The notes under the pieces: model-generated
What the model was told of the DNA's origin: nothing
The model's database searches: none
The model's input: the letters and a program-made list of their open reading frames with translations, nothing else
NCBI GenBank assembly: GCA_021828475.1
Contig: JAJZIY010000012.1
Coordinates: 1,010-65,009 of the forward strand
Origin: Actinomycetes bacterium
Lineage (GTDB): Bacteria; Actinomycetota; Acidimicrobiia; Acidimicrobiales; Palsa-688
Reading direction: 5' to 3'
DNA length: 64,000 nucleotides
Program-made: the position numbers and the translations under genes
Shown here: in pieces, positions 18,998-30,828 of the stretch
How positions within the stretch are numbered: position 1 is the first letter of the stretch
How the letters are laid out: the number at the start of each line of letters is the position of its first letter

Positions 18998-19578
18998 ACG
19001 ACGACTCCGCCACCCTCTCGCCCACCGGCCAGCCGTGGCTGGCCGACGACCCCAACCTGGGTGAGGTGGTCGTGAGCGAGCGCCGGATCCGCGACCGCAC
19101 AGCCCAGATGGGAGCAGAGATCACCACGGACTACGCCGGCAGGCCGCCGTTGCTCGTCGGCGTGCTCAAGGGCGCATTCGTTTTCATGAGCGACCTTGCG
19201 CGTACCATCGCCCTCCCGGTCGAGTTCGACTTCATGGCTGTCGCCTCCTATGGCAGCAGCACCAGGACGAGCGGCGTGGTGAGGATCGTGAAGGATCTCG
19301 ACACCGATCTGGCCGACCGGCACGTACTGGTGGTCGAGGACATCGTCGACTCCGGGCTCACCCTTGCCTTCCTCCTGCGCAACTTGGCAGCCCGGCACCC
19401 GGCCAGCCTTGCCGTGTGCGCCCTGCTGGCAAAGGGCCCGCCGTCGGAGCTCCCGGAGCTGGCCTACGTCGGTTTCCACATACCGAGGGACTTCGTCGTC
19501 GGCTACGGGTTGGACATCGCGGAGCGCTACCGCAACGTGAGCTCGATCCGGCGCTACACCGGTCCGGTGCAGGCCTGA
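18994..19578 (+). CDS. hpt: hypoxanthine phosphoribosyltransferase
   Basis: ATG 18994 overlaps the tilS stop (ATGA). PRPP motif [14 protein letters not shown]. Confidence 0.9.
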   Translation: MNDDSATLSPTGQPWLADDPNLGEVVVSERRIRDRTAQMGAEITTDYAGRPPLLVGVLKGAFVFMSDLARTIALPVEFDFMAVASYGSSTRTSGVVRIVKDLDTDLADRHVLVVEDIVDSGLTLAFLLRNLAARHPASLAVCALLAKGPPSELPELAYVGFHIPRDFVVGYGLDIAERYRNVSSIRRYTGPVQA

Positions 19579-19581
19579 GCG

Positions 19582-20163
19582 GTGGCGGTCGACCACGCGC
19601 GCGTCGCCGCCGCCGTGAGGGAGCTCCTGGCGGGAGTCGGCGAGGACCCGGACCGTGACGGGTTGAGGGAGACGCCTGCCCGGGTTGCGAGGATGTACGC
19701 CGAGCTGTTCTCCGGGCTGGACGAGGACCCGGTCCAGCACCTGAAGGCAACGTTCGAGGCAGAGCACGACGAACTGGTCCTCGTGCGCGACATAAGGCTG
19801 TTCAGCATCTGCGAGCACCACCTGCTCCCTTGGACCGGTCGGGCCCACGTCGCCTACATCCCGGCCGAGGACGGTCGGGTGATCGGCCTGTCCAAGCTGG
19901 CCCGGCTCGTGGGCGGTTACGCCAGGAGGCCTCAGGTCCAGGAACGCCTGACGGGACAAGTGGCCGACGCCCTCGTAGCGGCCCTGGCGCCCCGGGGCAC
20001 TCTCGTGGTGGTCGAAGCCGAGCACCTGTGCATGTCGATGAGGGGAGTGCGCACACCCGGTGCTACCACGGTGACATCTGCGGTCCGGGGCGAGTTCCTC
20101 ACCAGTGCCCCAGCACGGGCGGAGGTCATGGGCTTCCTGCAGCGGGGCAACCGGGAGCTGTAG
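19582..20163 (+). CDS. folE: GTP cyclohydrolase I
   Basis: Contains [11 protein letters not shown] and GLSKLARLV. 193 aa. Confidence 0.95.
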   Translation: MAVDHARVAAAVRELLAGVGEDPDRDGLRETPARVARMYAELFSGLDEDPVQHLKATFEAEHDELVLVRDIRLFSICEHHLLPWTGRAHVAYIPAEDGRVIGLSKLARLVGGYARRPQVQERLTGQVADALVAALAPRGTLVVVEAEHLCMSMRGVRTPGATTVTSAVRGEFLTSAPARAEVMGFLQRGNREL

Positions 20164-20257
20164 CATCCCGGTAAGCGGCACCCGAGCGAGGCGCCCAGGC
20201 CGGGCCCGGTGCTCGGGGCCGCCGTCCGGACCTGCCCGGCCAGGTGCTACCCGGCCG

Positions 20258-20887
20258 TTAGTACCTCGGTGCGACCGCAGCCAGCAGGGCCCCGGTCACC
20301 ACCAGCACCGTCCCGACGCGGTAGAGCCAGGTCCCCAGTGCCTCGTAGAGCTCCGGTTCCAGCAGCTGCCCCGGTCCGAAGTAGCGCCTGCGCCACCGGG
20401 CGCCCACGGCCGAGAAGAGGCACGCCGCGCCGAAGCCGGTGATCGTCTCGCCGGTCCGGGCGTGGACGGCGCCCATTGCCCACCAGGTCGTGTAGGCCAG
20501 GCTGGCCATCTTGAGCAGGGCCCACACCCGCGTGAACTGCAGCCACCGTCGGCGTCGCCGCCATGCCGGCGCGCCCGGGCCGCGGCCGTACTCGGGGTCG
20601 CCCGGGAGACCTGGCGCGCCGAGGTCGACAGGCTGGCGGTGCCGGTCGGCGGCCGCGGCCCAGTCGGCGGCCAGGATGTCGAAGGGGGTGCGCTCGGGCT
20701 CGGGCTCGGTGTCGTAGGCGGCATCGCCAGCGCGCTCTCGGTCGGGCCCCACGGGATGTGGCTCGGCACGGCCACCGCCGGCCTTTAGCCGGATGTCGAC
20801 CCCCTCCGTCCAGACCGGCCTCCGCTTCGGCCTTCGGGCGCCGGGTATGTTGGCCGGCGCAGTACCGATATGCTGGCGAATCGCCAT
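20258..20887 (-). CDS. hypothetical membrane protein (acidic/Pro-rich N-terminus, ~3 C-terminal TM segments); start uncertain
   Basis: Contains WLQFTRVWALLKMASLAYTTWWAMGAV, ITGFGAACLFSAV and LGTWLYRVGTVLVVTGALLAAVA. The competing plus-strand ORF is Arg/Pro junk. Confidence 0.5.
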   Translation of the reverse strand: MAIRQHIGTAPANIPGARRPKRRPVWTEGVDIRLKAGGGRAEPHPVGPDRERAGDAAYDTEPEPERTPFDILAADWAAAADRHRQPVDLGAPGLPGDPEYGRGPGAPAWRRRRRWLQFTRVWALLKMASLAYTTWWAMGAVHARTGETITGFGAACLFSAVGARWRRRYFGPGQLLEPELYEALGTWLYRVGTVLVVTGALLAAVAPRY

Positions 20888-21668
20888 GACGCTCGTGATG
20901 GGGGTCCTCAACGTCACCCCGGACTCCTTCTACGACGGAGGCCGTTGGCAATCGGTGGGCGCGGCCGTCGAGCACGGGCTCGAAATGTTCGAGCAGGGGG
21001 CGGACGTGGTGGACGTCGGGGGCGAGTCGACGCGGCCGCGCGCACAGCCGGTCGCCCAGGATGCCGAGCTGGCCCGCGTGGTGCCCGTTGTGGCAGCCCT
21101 CGCAGCTCAGCTCCCCGCCGGTCGGCGGTTGTCCGTGGACACCCGCAAGGCAGTTGTCGCCGAGGCCGCTCTCGAGGCAGGGGCGAGTATCGTCAACGAC
21201 GTCTCCGCCTCGTTGTGGCAGGTGGCAGCCAGGCATGGTGCCGGATGGGTGGCGATGCACATGCGGGGTGAGCCGGCCGACATGATGGAGCGGGCTGACT
21301 ACGCTGACGTGGTCGCCGAGGTCGCCACCTACCTGGGCGACAGGGCGGAGCAGGCACGCGACGGCGGTGTCCGGGAGATCTGGGTGGACCCGGGTATCGG
21401 GTTTGCCAAGCGGACCCCCCACAACCTCGCGATCCTGGCGGCGCTCCCCCGGTTGGTGGCCATGGGTTGGCCGGTGGCCGTCGGCGTCTCGCGCAAGCGT
21501 TTCACAGGGGCCCTGGCCGGGAGCGAGAGCGACCCGGCGCCGCTGTCCGAACGCCTCGAGGGGTCGTTGGCGGCGGCGGTGTGGGCGGCACTGGCCGGTG
21601 CTTCGATGGTGAGGGTGCACGACGTCAAGGCGACAGCGGACGCGGTGAGGCTCGTCGGTGCCGGTTAG
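20886..21668 (+). CDS. folP: dihydropteroate synthase
   Basis: Starts at ATG 20886: MTLVMGVLNVTPDSFYDGG. Contains VDVGGESTRP and GVSRKRF. Confidence 0.9.
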   Translation: MTLVMGVLNVTPDSFYDGGRWQSVGAAVEHGLEMFEQGADVVDVGGESTRPRAQPVAQDAELARVVPVVAALAAQLPAGRRLSVDTRKAVVAEAALEAGASIVNDVSASLWQVAARHGAGWVAMHMRGEPADMMERADYADVVAEVATYLGDRAEQARDGGVREIWVDPGIGFAKRTPHNLAILAALPRLVAMGWPVAVGVSRKRFTGALAGSESDPAPLSERLEGSLAAAVWAALAGASMVRVHDVKATADAVRLVGAG

Positions 21669-22223
21669 GTGGTCGGTTTGAGGGGCAAGTGGGCGGCCGG
21701 GATAAAGCCGCGGTTCTTCACGTGGGTGATAAAGGACCGGCTCGCCGTGTGCGAGCGGCCCGGCGGTTATGCCCGCAACCACCGCAAGGTGCGGCGCCGG
21801 GAGGAGATCCTCTGGATCAAGTGCCAGGGCTTCACCAGGGTCGTGTCGTTGCTTGCCTCTCCCCACAACCTGCACGCCTACGACGAGGAGCACGTGGCGT
21901 GGTCCCACGTCCCCTTCGCTGCCAACGACGACCCTGCCGCTGTGCTGCCGGAGCTCTACCAGCAGTTGCGCGCGTGGTTGCGTGAGGGCGAGAGGGTCGT
22001 CGTCCACCAGGAGGAGGTCGGTGACCGCCTCATGGGGACCGTAGCCGGCTATCTCCACTGGAGCGGCCTGCTGGCTGAGAGCGCCGCGGCCGTGGCCGTG
22101 GTGGAGAGGTTGCTGGGCCGCCAGATGGGGCCCGAGGGCCGCCGGCTCGTGGCGATGGTCCCCTCCTTCGCGCCGCCGGCTCCGGCTGGGACTGCGCCTC
22201 ATGACCATGAACCTGGTTCCTGA
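21669..22223 (+). CDS. dual-specificity/PTP-fold protein with the CX5R Cys replaced by Gln
   Basis: The P-loop-like segment VVVHQEEVGDRLMGTVAGYL compares with VHCxAGxxRS(G)xxxxAYL. A candidate general-acid region PFAANDDP is present. It starts 1 nt after the folP stop and overlaps the folB start by 23 nt. Confidence 0.6.
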   Translation: MVGLRGKWAAGIKPRFFTWVIKDRLAVCERPGGYARNHRKVRRREEILWIKCQGFTRVVSLLASPHNLHAYDEEHVAWSHVPFAANDDPAAVLPELYQQLRAWLREGERVVVHQEEVGDRLMGTVAGYLHWSGLLAESAAAVAVVERLLGRQMGPEGRRLVAMVPSFAPPAPAGTAPHDHEPGS

Positions 22224-22584
22224 CGTCATAGAGCTGCGCGGCCTGCGCTTCGTCGCCGCCCACGGCGCGCTGGAGGAGGAGCGCCAGCGTGCCCAGCCGT
22301 TCGAAGTCGACCTGGATCTCTACGCCGACCTGAGGGAGGCGGGGCGCACCGACGACCTGGGACGTACCGTCGACTATGCCGCCGTATGCGAGGCGGTGAG
22401 GGCCGTGGTCGAGGGCCCGCACGTCGATCTGCTCGAGACGCTGGCCGAGCGTGTGGCGGAGCAGGTGCTGGAAGCCGCCGGGCAGACGGCGTCGGCGGTA
22501 ACGGTGTGGGCGCGCAAGCTGCGCCCACCCGTTGCCTACCAGCTGGCGTCGGTGGCCGTCAGGGCCCACCGCACCCGCTCGTGA
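22201..22584 (+). CDS. folB: dihydroneopterin aldolase
   Basis: Contains IELRGLRFVAAHGALEEERQRAQPFEVDLDLY. Confidence 0.9.
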   Translation: MTMNLVPDVIELRGLRFVAAHGALEEERQRAQPFEVDLDLYADLREAGRTDDLGRTVDYAAVCEAVRAVVEGPHVDLLETLAERVAEQVLEAAGQTASAVTVWARKLRPPVAYQLASVAVRAHRTRS

Positions 22585-22597
22585 TCCTGGACGGGTC

Positions 22598-23050
22598 GTG
22601 ACGAGGGCGTTCCTGGCGTTGGGTTCCAATCTGGGCGATCGTTGGGGGTACCTGCGCGCAGGTGTGGCGAGCCTTCCCGACGTATCTGCCCTGTCCCACG
22701 TGTACGAGACGGAGCCTGTCGGGGGCCCTGGCGGCCAGGGGCCCTATCTCAACATGGTGGCCGAGCTGGCTACCGGGTTGGGGCCCCTCCAGTTGCTGGA
22801 GGCCGCTCGGGCGGCCGAGAGCGACGCCGGTAGGCGGCGGGTTGTCCGTTGGGGCCCCCGCACGCTCGACGTCGACGTGCTGATGGTGGGCGACATCGAG
22901 ATGGCGACAGAGGAGCTCACGCTGCCGCACCCGAGGATGTGGGAGCGTGGCTTCGTACTGGTACCGTTGGCGGACCTTGCCCCCGAGCTGCTCGCCGGGC
23001 ACCCGGGCGCTGCCGTGGCGCGTGGTGTGCGCCTGGCGGGAGACCTTTAG
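22598..23050 (+). CDS. folK: 2-amino-4-hydroxy-6-hydroxymethyldihydropteridine diphosphokinase
   Basis: Starts at GTG 22598: VTRAFLALGSNLGDR. Contains GPRTLDVDVL and LTLPHPRM. Confidence 0.9.
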   Translation: MTRAFLALGSNLGDRWGYLRAGVASLPDVSALSHVYETEPVGGPGGQGPYLNMVAELATGLGPLQLLEAARAAESDAGRRRVVRWGPRTLDVDVLMVGDIEMATEELTLPHPRMWERGFVLVPLADLAPELLAGHPGAAVARGVRLAGDL

Positions 23051-23059
23051 GGAGGTGCA

Positions 23060-23917
23060 GTGATAGTCACCGGACAACCCGAAGAGTTCCGAGAGCTGCT
23101 CGGTCGTGCCCGGGCCGAGGGGGCCGTCGTGGGGCTGCACCCCACGATGGGAGCGCTGCACCCCGGCCACCTGGCGAACATCCGTCAGGCCGCCCACGAT
23201 TGCGACCTGGCCGCGGTGACGATATTCGTCAACCCCCTCCAGTTCGGTCCCGGTGAGGACTTCGAGAAGTACCCGCGTACACTCGACCAGGACCTGGCGG
23301 CCGCCGACGAGGCGGGGGCGGGTGTGGTCCTGTGCCCGCCTCCGGAGGCGATGTTCTCCCAGGTGCCGCTCACCACCGTGGCGGTCAGGGGCCTTTCCGG
23401 GCGCTGGGAGGGTGCATCCCGTCCCGGGCACTTCGACGGCGTCGCCACCATCGTCACCAAGCTGTTCGCACTGGCGGGCGAGTGCAGGGCCTACTTCGGG
23501 GAGAAGGACTTCCAGCAGCTCGCTGTCGTCCGCAGGTTGGTCGCCGACCTCTCGCTGCCCGTCGAGGTAGTGGCGTGCCCCACGGTGCGCGAGCCGGACG
23601 GCCTGGCCCTGTCGAGCCGCAACCGTTACCTCGGACAAGACGAGCGCCGGGCTGCCCCGGGCATCTACTGGGCTCTGCTTGCAGGCAAACGTTCCATCGA
23701 GGAGGACGGCCTGCGCGACGGGCACGAGGTCGTCCGCACCATGGTCAGGGCCTGCGAGCGTGAACCCCTCGTCGACCTCGAGTACGCCGCCGTGGTCCGG
23801 CCCGACGACCTCGAGCCCCTCGACGAAGTCGTGCTCCCGGCGCGCCTGCTCATAGCCGGCCGGGTCGGGCGGGCCCGCCTGATCGACAACGTCGCAGTCG
23901 GAGGAGAGGGGACCTGA
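23060..23917 (+). CDS. panC: pantoate--beta-alanine ligase
   Basis: Contains LHPTMGALHPGHLANI and FGEKDFQQ. A GGAGG SD lies 4 nt before the GTG. Confidence 0.9.
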   Translation: MIVTGQPEEFRELLGRARAEGAVVGLHPTMGALHPGHLANIRQAAHDCDLAAVTIFVNPLQFGPGEDFEKYPRTLDQDLAAADEAGAGVVLCPPPEAMFSQVPLTTVAVRGLSGRWEGASRPGHFDGVATIVTKLFALAGECRAYFGEKDFQQLAVVRRLVADLSLPVEVVACPTVREPDGLALSSRNRYLGQDERRAAPGIYWALLAGKRSIEEDGLRDGHEVVRTMVRACEREPLVDLEYAAVVRPDDLEPLDEVVLPARLLIAGRVGRARLIDNVAVGGEGT

Positions 23918-23918
23918 A

Positions 23919-24710
23919 GTGTTGATGGCCATCGACGTAGGCAACACCCAGATCGTCGTGGGTCTGTTCGCCGCCGCCGGCCCGGGGGGCGCCACGGGGG
24001 AGCTCGTGCACCACTGGAGGGTCGCAACGCACTCGACCTACACAGCGGACGAGTTCGCCCTCCAGCTGGCGCAACTGCTTGCACTGGAAGGGCTGGGCCT
24101 GGATGCCGTCAGCGGGACGACGGTGGCCTGTGTCGTGCCGCCCCTGCGTATGGCCCTGCGGGAGGTGACAGCGCGCCGGCTACCCGGGCCGTCGGTGATA
24201 CTGGAGCCGGGCGTCCGCACCGGGATGCCCGTGCTGGTCGACAACCCCCGAGAGGTGGGTGCCGACCGCATCGCCGACGCCGTGGCGGCTTACGAGCGTT
24301 ACGGGGGCCCGACCATCGTCGTGGACTTCGGCACGGCAACCAACTTCGAGGTCGTGTCCGCACGGGGTGAGTACGTCGGTGGGCTGCTCTTCCCGGGTCT
24401 GGAGGTGTCGCTCGCAGCCCTCACCTCCCGGGCGGCGATGCTGCCGCGTGTGGACATCGTCCCTCCCCGCAGCGTCCTCGGCCGGAACACGGTCGAACAG
24501 CTCCAGGCGGGTATCTTCCACGGCTACGGAGCCTTGGTGGAGGGGGTGTGCGCCCGCATCAAAGCCGAGGTCGGACCGGCGACCGTAGTGGCGACGGGGG
24601 GCCTGGCCCCGGTGGTCCTCGGGGCCTCCCCCGTCATCGACCACTACGAACCCTGGCTCACGCTGTACGGGTTGCGCACCATCTACGATCGCAACCGAGC
24701 CGATGTCTGA
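23919..24710 (+). CDS. coaX: type III pantothenate kinase
   Basis: Contains MAIDVGNTQIVVGLF, VVDFGTATN and ATGG. Confidence 0.9.
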   Translation: MLMAIDVGNTQIVVGLFAAAGPGGATGELVHHWRVATHSTYTADEFALQLAQLLALEGLGLDAVSGTTVACVVPPLRMALREVTARRLPGPSVILEPGVRTGMPVLVDNPREVGADRIADAVAAYERYGGPTIVVDFGTATNFEVVSARGEYVGGLLFPGLEVSLAALTSRAAMLPRVDIVPPRSVLGRNTVEQLQAGIFHGYGALVEGVCARIKAEVGPATVVATGGLAPVVLGASPVIDHYEPWLTLYGLRTIYDRNRADV

Positions 24711-26118
24711 ACCCCTGCCTTATCGCGCCATCGTGACCGCCCATGCCGGCGAGCTGCACGAGCGCTTCGCCGAGCTGGCGGCCGGTGACGGCTCGGGTGT
24801 CACCGTCACGGTCGCTGGGCGCGTCATGCTGCGCCGGGAGATGGGCAAGCTGACCTTCATGACGATGTCGGAGTGGACCGGCCAACTGCAGCTCTTCGCT
24901 GGTTCGCAGTGGACCGAGCGCTTCGACGAGCTCAACCGTCTCTCCCTTGGCGACTGGGTGAGCGCCACCGGTGAAGTAGTGCGTACCCGTACCGGCGAGC
25001 TCTCCGTGCGCGTCGGGTCATGGGCCCTGCTGGCGGAAGCCCGCCGTTCGTTCGGTGACAAGTGGCGGGGTATCTCCGATGTCGACACCCGCTACCGCCA
25101 GCGTTATGCCGACCTCTGGGCCAATCCGCGCTCGCGCCAGGTGCTGATGGCTCGCAGCCGGGTCGTCTCCGCTCTCAGGCGGGGCCTCGAGTCGGGCGGT
25201 TTCGTCGAGGTGGAGACCCCCGTCTTCCACCCGGTCCCTGGCGGGGCCACGGCCAGGCCGTTCGTCACCCACCACAACGCCCTCGACATGGATCTCTATT
25301 TGCGTATAGCTCTGGAGCTACATCTCAAGAGGCTTGTGGTGGGCGGTATCGAGCGGGTGTTCGAGATCGGCCGGGTGTTCCGCAACGAGGGCCTGTCCCC
25401 CCGGCACAACCCCGAGTTCACGATGCTCGAGCTCTACCAGGCCTATGCGGACTACCACGACATGATGGATCTGACCGAGAACCTCGTGGCGGGGGTCGCC
25501 CGGGAGGTCACGGGTGGCACCAGGACCGAGTACGCAGGCCGGGAGCTCGACCTGGCCCCCCCGTGGCGCCGGGCCACGATGCTCGATCTGATCGCCGAGC
25601 ACTCGGGCCACGAGGTCGGCTTGGACATGCCGGTGGAGGAGCTCACGGCTCTGGCCTCGCGCCTCGGGGTGCACGTCGAGCCCGGCTGGGGCCCGGGAAA
25701 GGTCGTCCTGGAAATCTACGAGAAGACGACCGAGCCCAACCTGTGGGGACCTGTCTTCGTCATGGACTACCCCAAGGAGGTCTCGCCGCTGGCCCGGGAC
25801 CACCGGTCCTCGCCGGGGATGGTCGAGCGCTTCGAAGTCGTGGTGGCCGGACGTGAGCTCTGCAACGCCTTCTCCGAGCTGACCGACCCCGATACCCAGC
25901 TCGCCAACTTCGAAGCCCAGGCCAGGGCCCGTGCTGCGGGCGACGAGGAGGCCATGCCGGTCGACACCGACTACGTGAGGGCACTGGAGTACGGCCTCCC
26001 GCCCACGGGCGGTATGGGGATGGGCGTCGACCGCCTCGTCATGCTGCTCACCGGGTCGGAGGCGATCAGGGACGTCATCGCCTTCCCGACCCTGCGCCCG
26101 GAGGTGGGCGAGGACTGA
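24703..26118 (+). CDS. lysS: lysine--tRNA ligase (class II)
   Basis: OB-fold N-terminus VAGRVMLRREMGKLTFM, class II motifs FRNEG..., and GLPPTGGMGMGVDRLVMLL. Confidence 0.9.
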   Translation: MSEPLPYRAIVTAHAGELHERFAELAAGDGSGVTVTVAGRVMLRREMGKLTFMTMSEWTGQLQLFAGSQWTERFDELNRLSLGDWVSATGEVVRTRTGELSVRVGSWALLAEARRSFGDKWRGISDVDTRYRQRYADLWANPRSRQVLMARSRVVSALRRGLESGGFVEVETPVFHPVPGGATARPFVTHHNALDMDLYLRIALELHLKRLVVGGIERVFEIGRVFRNEGLSPRHNPEFTMLELYQAYADYHDMMDLTENLVAGVAREVTGGTRTEYAGRELDLAPPWRRATMLDLIAEHSGHEVGLDMPVEELTALASRLGVHVEPGWGPGKVVLEIYEKTTEPNLWGPVFVMDYPKEVSPLARDHRSSPGMVERFEVVVAGRELCNAFSELTDPDTQLANFEAQARARAAGDEEAMPVDTDYVRALEYGLPPTGGMGMGVDRLVMLLTGSEAIRDVIAFPTLRPEVGED

Positions 26119-26198
26119 GGCGGCGCCACCGGGCAGGCACGCCCTCACCGTCTCTCATGGCAGGCGCAGGGGCCGGTCCCCTCCAGCGGTACGCGGGA

Positions 26199-26227
26199 AA
26201 GGGCCGGGGCCTGTGGCCCCGGCCCTT
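26199..26227. terminator. bidirectional 13-bp GC hairpin (AAGGGCCGGGGCC-TGT-GGCCCCGGCCCTT) between convergent lysS and a small membrane gene
   Basis: Perfect inverted repeat read in the sequence. Confidence 0.5.
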
Positions 26228-26270
26228 CTCTGCGCGCTGGTTACGAGGCCCGGCTAGCCGGGACCGCCCG

Positions 26271-26543
26271 TCAGGGCATGACGTCGCGCTGCTCGATCAC
26301 CCTCTCGCGGCCACCGGGCGTGTAGTTGACGCTCTCACGCGTCACGGCCCGACGGTTTGACCCGGCTGCGAACATGGCGATCCCGATGACGACGGAGACG
26401 ATGCCGACGATCAGCAGGATCACCCCGACGGTGTTGATGTTGAACCCTGTGGTGGCGACGCTCACGGCGTACTTGAGGATGGCACCTATGACTACGAGCA
26501 CGATGCCCAGGCCTATGAGCCCGCTGCCTGCTCCCCTGTTCAT
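26271..26543 (-). CDS. small two-TM membrane protein (90 aa)
   Basis: Starts at ATG 26543 after GAGGAGAGGGA: MNRGAGSGLIGLGIVLVVIGAILKYAV...VGVILLIVGIVSVVIGIAMFAAG. The longer track ORF upstream is Pro/Arg junk. Confidence 0.65.
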   Translation of the reverse strand: MNRGAGSGLIGLGIVLVVIGAILKYAVSVATTGFNINTVGVILLIVGIVSVVIGIAMFAAGSNRRAVTRESVNYTPGGRERVIEQRDVMP

Positions 26544-26885
26544 GATTCCCTCTCCTCGCTTCCTGGGCGCACTCGGCTTCGGGCGCCCGACGTTCGACTG
26601 CGGCCACTTGCCGGCAGGACTTGTACCCAGCGGCCGGCACTCTCTACCTGGCCGGCTTGGGGGCCCCTCCCGAGTTTGCGCCGGCCCCAGGAACCGCGGG
26701 AGCGAGCGGTCACCTTGACCAGGTGCCCGGGGCACGGCGGGTGGCGGGGCCTGCCGGACCTTGCTGGCGCCGCTCGCCCTGTGCTCGGCCGGCGTAGGAA
26801 GAAAGCGCCAGGAGAGGGCCCCGCGCCCAGCGGGTGCCGGCCCGGGCCCCGCCCGCACACGGCGAAGGCCTGGTGCGGCCGGGCT

Positions 26886-27905
26886 TCAGCCGGCCCGCAC
26901 GTCCAGGTCGTCGAAGAGCTTCTGGGCCAGCCCGGAGAGGGTGGAGCGGGCCGCTTCGGCGCCGGCGGCGTTGCCGTTGAGCGAGGCACCGGTCCCGGGG
27001 ATGGAGGCGAGGGCGCCGGCGGCCTCGTCGGCCCAGCGACGGCCTTCTGCCACCGAGCTGCGCAGGGCACCCGTGGCCAGGATCATGTCGCGGACCTTGT
27101 CCAGCTCCGGGCCGGCCAGCTGCTGACCCAGCAGGGCGCCGATCTCCGGTCCGGAATCGGGGTCGGCCAGGGCACGGATGACCGGGAGGGTGTAGGTACC
27201 CTCGAGGATGTCGTGGCCGGCGGGCTTGCCCAGTTCGGCTTCGGTGCGGACCAGGTCGTTGACGTCGTCCCAGATCTGGAACGCCATACCGAAGGCCTGG
27301 CCGAAGCGGGTGAGGGCGTCCACGGTCTCCACCGGAGCACCGGCGACCAGCCCGCCGATGCGCGTCGAAGCGGAAAGCAACGAGGCCGTCTTGGCGGAGA
27401 TGGCCCTGAAGTAGGCCGCCTCCGTGCGCTCGGTCGAGTAGGAGTGCCGCAGCTGCACCAACTCGCCCTCGCAGAGGCGGCTTATCGTGGTGGCCAGGAC
27501 CCGTACCACCTCGGTGCCCAGGCCGGCGGCTATCTCGGAGGCCTTGGCGAGCAGGAAGTCGCCGGCCAGGATGGCGACGAGGTTGCCCCAGCGGGCGTTG
27601 GCGCTCTGGACGCCGCGCCTGGAGCTGGCGTCGTCGATGACGTCGTCGTGGTACAGCGAGCCCATGTGCACGAGCTCCACCGCAACGGCGCCCTGCACGA
27701 CGCCGTTCCCGACGGACGCCCCTGTCGAGAGTGCCGCCGCCAGCAGCAGTGCCGGCCGCAGCCGCTTGCCGCCGGCAGCCATCAGGTGGGATGCCACCTC
27801 GGACAGCACGGGCTCGGGCGCAGCCACCGCCTGGCGCAGCTCCTCCTCAACCCGGGCCAGGCCGTCGTCGAGACCGGGAAGGTTGAGCAACTCCCAGACG
27901 TTCAT
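26886..27905 (-). CDS. polyprenyl diphosphate synthase (trans-IPPS)
   Basis: Two Asp-rich motifs, LYHDDVIDD and FQIWDDVND. Start at ATG 27905 (MNVWELLNLPGLDDGL). Confidence 0.85.
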   Translation of the reverse strand: MNVWELLNLPGLDDGLARVEEELRQAVAAPEPVLSEVASHLMAAGGKRLRPALLLAAALSTGASVGNGVVQGAVAVELVHMGSLYHDDVIDDASSRRGVQSANARWGNLVAILAGDFLLAKASEIAAGLGTEVVRVLATTISRLCEGELVQLRHSYSTERTEAAYFRAISAKTASLLSASTRIGGLVAGAPVETVDALTRFGQAFGMAFQIWDDVNDLVRTEAELGKPAGHDILEGTYTLPVIRALADPDSGPEIGALLGQQLAGPELDKVRDMILATGALRSSVAEGRRWADEAAGALASIPGTGASLNGNAAGAEAARSTLSGLAQKLFDDLDVRAG

Positions 27906-28135
27906 TACCAGACGATATGCCAACGTCAAGGGCAAGTACGAACCGACCAGGCCCGACGGGCCGCAGTGGGCCGGCGCCAACGCTGATGACGGAGGCTACA
28001 GGTACACTGGAGGAAGCAAGAGCCCGATGAAGAGGGTATGGATGACTTGCGTGGGGAGCCGTGGGCCCGGCGGTACGCCGGTGGGTCGACCGTTCCGGGT
28101 GCGGAGCACCGGATCTGCTGAGGAGGCTGCGAGCG

Positions 28136-30628
<2,493 letters not shown>

Positions 30629-30666
30629 GGCCCACGGGAGCCAGGTACCTGGCGACGGGGCACAAG

Positions 30667-30700
30667 CTACGGCGAGGGCGGACTGCCGTCCTCGCCGTAG
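30667..30700 (+). terminator. 11-bp hairpin after clpC (CTACGGCGAGG-N12-CCTCGCCGTAG)
   Basis: Read directly in the sequence, 39 nt after the clpC stop. Confidence 0.5.
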
Positions 30701-30828
30701 TCGCGCTCCTGGACTCCTTCGTGGCGAGCGCCTGGTCCTCACGCCAGCCGTCCTCGTCCTTCGCCACCGGCGCACGCGACGCCGCGCGCGCCGTCGCCGT
30801 CTCAGCCGCCTCCTAGTCTGACCGGGCG

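Noticed and set aside
26544-26858. N-terminal 105-aa extension of the small membrane protein ORF (track ORF 26271..26858)
   Set aside because: The extension is Pro/Arg/Gly-rich with no features. A strong SD (GAGGAGAGGGA) directly precedes the internal ATG 26543, which gives a compact two-TM protein.
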